Below the pieces are notes generated by a model. That model ran no database searches. It was given only the letters and a program-made list of their open reading frames with translations, and was not told the origin of the DNA. A program made the position numbers and the translations under genes. A DNA stretch of 64,000 nucleotides from Nitrospira sp. (GTDB lineage Bacteria; Nitrospirota; Nitrospiria; Nitrospirales; Nitrospiraceae): assembly GCA_047150005.1 (NCBI GenBank), contig AP038806.1, forward strand, positions 1,312,001-1,376,000, written 5' to 3'. Shown in pieces: positions 58,852 through 64,000 of the stretch. Each line of letters opens with the position of its first letter. Position 1 is the first letter of the stretch.

Positions 58852-59643
58852 ATGCCACGCCGACCCATCCCATCGTACGCTCTACTCGGCTTCCTCTGCT
58901 TCTTGGCAGCCTGCAGCAGTAGCCGAGGCCTCCCGGTCGAGCCGCTGCAAGAGATTCTTCGTGAGGAGGCCGGTCGATTCGAAACTCCATCGGCCGCGCC
59001 GCCGGCGCCGTCGTTTCACATCCGGACCGAGTCCCCGGCCCTGGGGCTCTACCTCAAACGGGCTGGAATTCTACCGCACGATTTCCAATGGACGGATCGG
59101 AATCGGGACCACGTATTGGCCTGGGCAAAGGTCTTGGTAGAGAACGGAGATCTGAAGGGCGCTCAGTACATCCCTCGATCGTCGTTGAAAGGATTTCAGC
59201 TGGTCCAGCTCCGTGATTCGGCCGCGCGATACGGAGCCGATCTATTGTTGGTCCTCGATGGGGCCGGGGCGGTTGATCGTTACAACAACTACAAGGCGTC
59301 ATGGCTGTACTGGACCATCCTCGGCGCCTACTTTGCAGATGGAACTTACAGTGACGCGCTGTGCCTGGTGCGAGGCTCTCTGTGGGACGTCAAGAGTGGC
59401 TCCCTCCTCTTCGAAGCGGAAGCGCAGGGCCGCGCCCATACGGTCGGGCCCGCCGCGTTATTGGACGATGAGGAGGCGGTCGAGCAAGCGAAAACGAAAG
59501 CACTGGAGGATTTGGAGCGCAAGGTGACGGAAGGACTCAACCGCATCCGGAAGCCTCCAGGGGCGGACCGGTCCGTCATCGAGAATCAAAGCTCCAGAGC
59601 GCTGAAAAGAACAGGAGGTTCTGAGATGGGGTCAGTCCGATGA
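58852..59643 (+). CDS. Hypothetical lipoprotein
   Basis: Lipobox LAAC; 'LYWTILGAY...LWDVKSG.LLF' segment. Confidence 0.7.
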   Translation: MPRRPIPSYALLGFLCFLAACSSSRGLPVEPLQEILREEAGRFETPSAAPPAPSFHIRTESPALGLYLKRAGILPHDFQWTDRNRDHVLAWAKVLVENGDLKGAQYIPRSSLKGFQLVQLRDSAARYGADLLLVLDGAGAVDRYNNYKASWLYWTILGAYFADGTYSDALCLVRGSLWDVKSGSLLFEAEAQGRAHTVGPAALLDDEEAVEQAKTKALEDLERKVTEGLNRIRKPPGADRSVIENQSSRALKRTGGSEMGSVR

Positions 59644-60817
59644 CGCCGGGAGCGATCTGCCCCCCTGTGTAGAATCCTCCTTGCGGTCCTGTGGAATTGT
59701 CGAACCGGTATTCGAGACGAAAGATCGTGGTCGTCCAGGCGTACTCCCATTTATACTCCAAGGTGGTCGTGACGGCCTTGATGAACTGTTTCGCGCCCGT
59801 TAAAATCCCGTTCGGGTCATAGTACAGTTCAGGTCGCACTGCGACCGCCCAGAGCCGCGCCATCTGCCAACGGGTCCAGATCGCGCCTCCCGTCCACAAC
59901 TCCTGTTCTTCTCCCGCCTCCGGGATCGCGCGTTCGGTGCCGATGTCGTAGGCCATCGCGATCGTGACATCGCCGCGTTTCCATTCCAGAATGCTATCCG
60001 AGAAGAAGCGCCAATATTTGAGCTGCGTATTCGACTGATCCGGTCCGTAGTAGAGGTTTTGGGTGAAGGTCAGCTCCGGCGAAGCCGCCCAACTGACCTG
60101 CGTACCATAACCGGGAAGGTTGTTGGGGTATGAGAGGAAGTTGTATCGGTTGATGATGTAGAACGCGGTCTTGACCGTTTCGCTGAACCGGTACTGGGCG
60201 GAGGCTCCGAACATGAAATAGGGCGCATAATCCGATACGTAGGCTCTCGTATAATTGAAGTTGTTCTTGGCATAGAACGATTCGTAGCCGATAAAGCTGT
60301 TGAACAACCCCGCCGTGAGCGTGAGACCCGTTCCAATCGGCGCGAGATAAGACACGTTGGCACGGGAAAAGTGACTGAAGGTATCCGCGGGCTCATAGGG
60401 GTCTCCGAACCGGTTGCTGGCATTGGGAACCTCCCCGTCCACATCGCGCCCCGTTTGAAGGGCGAATTCCATTCCCCAACGGGATGACTCGTTCGCGTCT
60501 TTCCTGACATAGGCCAGCGCCATGTTGAGGTTCGGATCATTGACTCGCTGCGTCGTAACCTTGCTGCGCCACTGATGATTCTCGGGGAAGTTGAAATCGA
60601 TTGCATAGCTCAGATCAAGATAGAGACCGTAGCGCCACAGCGATCTCGGTTTTTCGTCGTTTTGAGCGGCGTCGGATTCTGCCTGTGTGACCAGAACAGC
60701 CGGAACCTGCGCCGCGCCTGCCGGCAGGGCACCAGCCGGCCAGGCTGAAACAAGCATCACGGTGAAGCACGTGCCGATTTTCAGGAGATCGACGGTCGTT
60801 CCCGCCCGCACGATCAC
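59576..60817 (-). CDS. Outer-membrane beta-barrel porin (BBP2/DUF1597-like)
   Basis: Signal peptide; ANVSYLAPIG, GLFNSFIGYES, N.NYTR, RLEYR.D. Confidence 0.8.
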   Translation of the reverse strand: MIVRAGTTVDLLKIGTCFTVMLVSAWPAGALPAGAAQVPAVLVTQAESDAAQNDEKPRSLWRYGLYLDLSYAIDFNFPENHQWRSKVTTQRVNDPNLNMALAYVRKDANESSRWGMEFALQTGRDVDGEVPNASNRFGDPYEPADTFSHFSRANVSYLAPIGTGLTLTAGLFNSFIGYESFYAKNNFNYTRAYVSDYAPYFMFGASAQYRFSETVKTAFYIINRYNFLSYPNNLPGYGTQVSWAASPELTFTQNLYYGPDQSNTQLKYWRFFSDSILEWKRGDVTIAMAYDIGTERAIPEAGEEQELWTGGAIWTRWQMARLWAVAVRPELYYDPNGILTGAKQFIKAVTTTLEYKWEYAWTTTIFRLEYRFDNSTGPQGGFYTGGQIAPGVIGLTPSQNLLFFSALWSFDSR

Positions 60818-61003
60818 ACCGGTTCACGCCGACGGCTGAGACCATCCGCTGAAGACAGAAAGCTCCTCCGGTCTTGATACCTTCCGAACACGTTTGCTCC
60901 GCCTTTTTATCTCATTTTGACGGATAATGCGCTATCGTGTCCGGCGGGAACGGCGGGATGCTTCACTGATTCGGGCCGTACACGAGAAGGAGGAGCCGTT
61001 CGA

Positions 61004-62215
61004 GTGAACTGGACCCTGTTGCGGACGCTTGGTCTGGCCGGCTGGTTGGGCGCCACCATCATTCCGGTTCCCGCATCGGCTGAAGAGGCAACGCCTCGAC
61101 CGTCCTCCGGCAACTTTCCCGTCTCCGACGCGCAGGCAGAATCGCCGGCTAAACCCCTGTCCTCCGACAAGCCTCTGTGGCACTATGGAGGATTCCTCGA
61201 TCTCGGCTATTCGCTCAATTTTAATTTTCCAGCGAATCATTTTTTCCGCGATCGCAGCACGACACCGAAAGTCAACGAGTTCAATCTGAACATGATCGGC
61301 GGATATGTTCGGAAAGATGCGACGGAATCCTCGCGGTGGGGGACGGAGTTGCTTGTGCAAACCGGTGAGGACTCGAAGGCCTTTGGCTTTGCGGTCGGTC
61401 TACCCAAGGTGTCGGATTCGGACGTCTGGCGCCACTTCGGACGAGCGAATGTGTCCTATCTGGCTCCTATCGGGAACGGGCTGACCGTGCAGGCGGGATT
61501 GTTCAACAGCTTTATCGGCTACGAGTCGCTCTATGCCAAGGACAACGGCAACTACACCCGCGCCTGGATCGCGGACTATTCGCCCTACTTGATGTTCGGA
61601 GTGAATGCCCAATACCAGTTCAACGAGCGATGGAGCGGTGCCTTCTTTATCATCAATGATTATTTCCATCTCGAAAATTCGAACAATGTTCCAAGCTACG
61701 GAGGGCAGGTGCAATACAAGCCGGTTCCGGCTTGGACTATCAAAGAAACGATCTATTACGGGCCCGATCAGTCCGACACCGCCATAGAATTTTGGCGTTT
61801 CTTCTCAGACAGCATCATCGAATGGAAAAGAGACCGCGTCACTCTGGCCATTGACTATCAGGTCGGGACCCAGAAAAACGCTTCAGCTCCCGGGAATCCT
61901 CGGGATTTCTACACTGGAGCCACCCTGGAAACACAATGGCGGATTGCCGGCCCCTGGGCGGTCTCGATCAGGCCTGAGTTCTATTGGGACCGAAACGGTC
62001 TGATGACGGGATCCGAGCAATTCATCAAGGCCATCACGACCACGGGAGAGTATCGGATTCCCTACAAGTGGACCAATACGATCTGCCGCCTGGAATACCG
62101 GTACGACGATTCCACCGGACCGGGTGGGGGATTCTTCAAGGGCACGAACAACGTGCTCACGCCGGGGCAGCAGATGCTGATCTTCTCCGTGGTCGGCACA
62201 TTCGATTCGCCCTGA
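61004..62215 (+). CDS. Outer-membrane beta-barrel porin (BBP2/DUF1597-like), paralogue of 59576..60817
   Basis: GTG start after an AGGAGG RBS; same motifs as its neighbour. Confidence 0.8.
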   Translation: MNWTLLRTLGLAGWLGATIIPVPASAEEATPRPSSGNFPVSDAQAESPAKPLSSDKPLWHYGGFLDLGYSLNFNFPANHFFRDRSTTPKVNEFNLNMIGGYVRKDATESSRWGTELLVQTGEDSKAFGFAVGLPKVSDSDVWRHFGRANVSYLAPIGNGLTVQAGLFNSFIGYESLYAKDNGNYTRAWIADYSPYLMFGVNAQYQFNERWSGAFFIINDYFHLENSNNVPSYGGQVQYKPVPAWTIKETIYYGPDQSDTAIEFWRFFSDSIIEWKRDRVTLAIDYQVGTQKNASAPGNPRDFYTGATLETQWRIAGPWAVSIRPEFYWDRNGLMTGSEQFIKAITTTGEYRIPYKWTNTICRLEYRYDDSTGPGGGFFKGTNNVLTPGQQMLIFSVVGTFDSP

Positions 62216-62220
62216 ATGTC

Positions 62221-62916
62221 TCAGTCGGTCCTCAGCCGGTAACCGACTCCCAACTCCGTGACCAGGTGTTTCGGATGCGCCGGATTGACCTCCACCTTGT
62301 TCCGGAGCTGGCGCATATACACTCGGAGGTAGTGGGATTCCTCGACATGCAACGGACCCCACACCTCTTTGAGCAACTGGCGATGGGTCAGGACCTTTCC
62401 GGCATGCCGGACAAGAGCCGTGAGCAGCTTGTATTCGATCGGGGTGAGACGAATTTCTCTCCCCGACACGAACACCTGCCTCCGCCCGAGATCAACTCGC
62501 AATCCCTCGACCGAGAACACCGATTCGCCGGCCTCGGCGACACGAGCGACATGCCTCAAAGCGGTGCGCATCCGAGCCAGAAGCTCGTGAACCCCGAACG
62601 GCTTGGTCACATAGTCATCGGCGCCCTGGTCGAGGGCCCCGACTTTCATCTGCTCCTGCTCCCGGGCCGACAGCACGATGATCGGCGTGGCCGTCCACTC
62701 CCGCACCTGTCGAATCACTTCGGTTCCGTCAAGATCCGGCAGACCGAGATCGAGCAAGATCAGATCCGGGTTTCGCGCCTTGGCCTCAGTGAGGCCCTCC
62801 TGTCCCGTCGTCGCTTCTATCAATCGAAAGCCGTGTGCGGGCAACGTGGTGCGCAGAAATCGCCGGATCTCCGGTTCGTCCTCTATGACAAGCACGGTGG
62901 CTTCTTGTCCGGACAT
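62221..62916 (-). CDS. kdpE: Response regulator KdpE
   Basis: VIEDEPEIRRFL, LDLGLPD, GADDYVTKPF, HYLRVYMRQLR, TELGVGYR. Confidence 0.92.
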   Translation of the reverse strand: MSGQEATVLVIEDEPEIRRFLRTTLPAHGFRLIEATTGQEGLTEAKARNPDLILLDLGLPDLDGTEVIRQVREWTATPIIVLSAREQEQMKVGALDQGADDYVTKPFGVHELLARMRTALRHVARVAEAGESVFSVEGLRVDLGRRQVFVSGREIRLTPIEYKLLTALVRHAGKVLTHRQLLKEVWGPLHVEESHYLRVYMRQLRNKVEVNPAHPKHLVTELGVGYRLRTD

Positions 62917-62957
62917 CACGGGGATTGCCTCTCGGTGATCATGGTGTTCAGGATCGA

Positions 62958-64000
62958 TCAGACCGTCTTGGCCTCGGCTTGTTCCGATTCCATGGACGGT
63001 TGCCGCTCCGGCAGGGGGATCGCGAAGCGGAAGATCGCCCCTCCACCCCGGCGGTTCTCGGCCCAAATGCGTCCACCGTGGGCTTCCACGATGCCGCGAC
63101 AGATCGTCAGTCCCAATCCGACACCTCCTTCGCGCGCCATCTTGCCTCGATAGAACTTGTCGAAGATGCGGGTTTCTTCCCCGACCGGGAGGCCGGGGCC
63201 CCGATCGGCCACCTCGACCACGATCTCACGATCGCCGGCTGACGCGGACAAATCGATGGTGCTCCCTGTCGGCGCGTATTTTGCGGCATTCTCAAGCAGA
63301 TTGATGAGGACCTGCTCAAGCAGAACGCCGTCGACCAGCAAGAGCGGCAAGTCGTGGGGAAACGCGGTGTGGACCGTATGGTCACACAAGCGCCCGTCCA
63401 CCCGCGCAAGAGCCGCACCAACGATTTCGTCCACCGGATGCCATTCCTTGCTCAGCTGCACGGCTCCGGCCTCGATGCGCATCATGTCGAGCAGGTTCTT
63501 GAGCAAGCGGTCCAAGCGGTCGGCCTCCCGGCAAATCGATCGGGCGAGCTCGAGACGAGCCGAAGAGTCCAGCTGCCCGTGCTCTTCGACCAAGCCGCTG
63601 GCGGCACCGGTGATGGTGGCGAGCGGGGTCCGCAGGTCATGCGACACCGAACTGAGAATCGCGTTCCGCATGCGCTCGGTCTCCGCCTGAACCTGCGCGG
63701 TATGCGCCTCTTCAGAAAGGCGCGTCCGCTCGATCGCCAACGCAATCTGACTGACAAGAGATTCGAGCAAGTGCAACGCTTCGGAGTCCAGCAAGGGACC
63801 GGGAGCCTTCGGTCGCACGGCCACCACTCCGATCGGTCCCGTCGACGCCACCAAGGGAAGATAGAGTCCGTTGGCTCCGGGCAGCGTATCGGTTCCGAGA
63901 CCGGCACGCTCGTTGTGATCGAACACCCATTGAGCCACGCCGGATTCTTTGGGGTCGAACTCGAAATACAGCTGTTCGCCCAGCTGAAGCCGGACCCGCT
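62958..64000 (-). CDS. kdpD: Sensor histidine kinase KdpD (C-terminal part; 5' end outside the window)
   Basis: [11 protein letters not shown] motif, [27 protein letters not shown]. Confidence 0.92.
   Translation of the reverse strand, partial: RVRLQLGEQLYFEFDPKESGVAQWVFDHNERAGLGTDTLPGANGLYLPLVASTGPIGVVAVRPKAPGPLLDSEALHLLESLVSQIALAIERTRLSEEAHTAQVQAETERMRNAILSSVSHDLRTPLATITGAASGLVEEHGQLDSSARLELARSICREADRLDRLLKNLLDMMRIEAGAVQLSKEWHPVDEIVGAALARVDGRLCDHTVHTAFPHDLPLLLVDGVLLEQVLINLLENAAKYAPTGSTIDLSASAGDREIVVEVADRGPGLPVGEETRIFDKFYRGKMAREGGVGLGLTICRGIVEAHGGRIWAENRRGGGAIFRFAIPLPERQPSMESEQAEAKTV

Noticed and set aside
1..64000. Absence of nxrC and of amo/hao genes
   Set aside because: nxrC candidates are often encoded elsewhere in Nitrospira, and one window cannot determine comammox status.

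Overview
Chromosomal window from a GC-rich Nitrospira-type nitrite oxidiser, inferred from a Nitrospira-type periplasmic nxrAB pair. From left to right: the N-terminal ~700 aa of a large MnxG-like multicopper oxidase (minus strand, missing from the ORF track because it runs off the window); a GAF/sigma-54 activator; a stand-alone CHASE3-like protein; nxrB and nxrA with a sigma-54 promoter; a block of envelope and metabolic genes (FGE-family protein, YceI, TonB-C protein, tdh-kbl, MlaA, TRL-like lipoprotein, DUF4105/Lnb-like protein, DUF3015 plus a pseudogenised paralogue); a 1314-aa TPR/low-complexity membrane protein divergent from an orphan short secretin; an S1/P1 nuclease; an AT-richer islet encoding OLD-family nuclease + SbcD + SbcC next to the 3' end of tRNA-His; housekeeping genes (pyrF, rpsT, holA, lptE, leuS, der, aat); an ECF sigma/anti-sigma/cytochrome c cluster; two head-to-head paralogous porins; and kdpE plus a partial kdpD. 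The best candidate for an undescribed system is the OLD-SbcD-SbcC islet at tRNA-His, a possible anti-phage/anti-plasmid module. All calls come from motif recognition by eye; no database searches were run.
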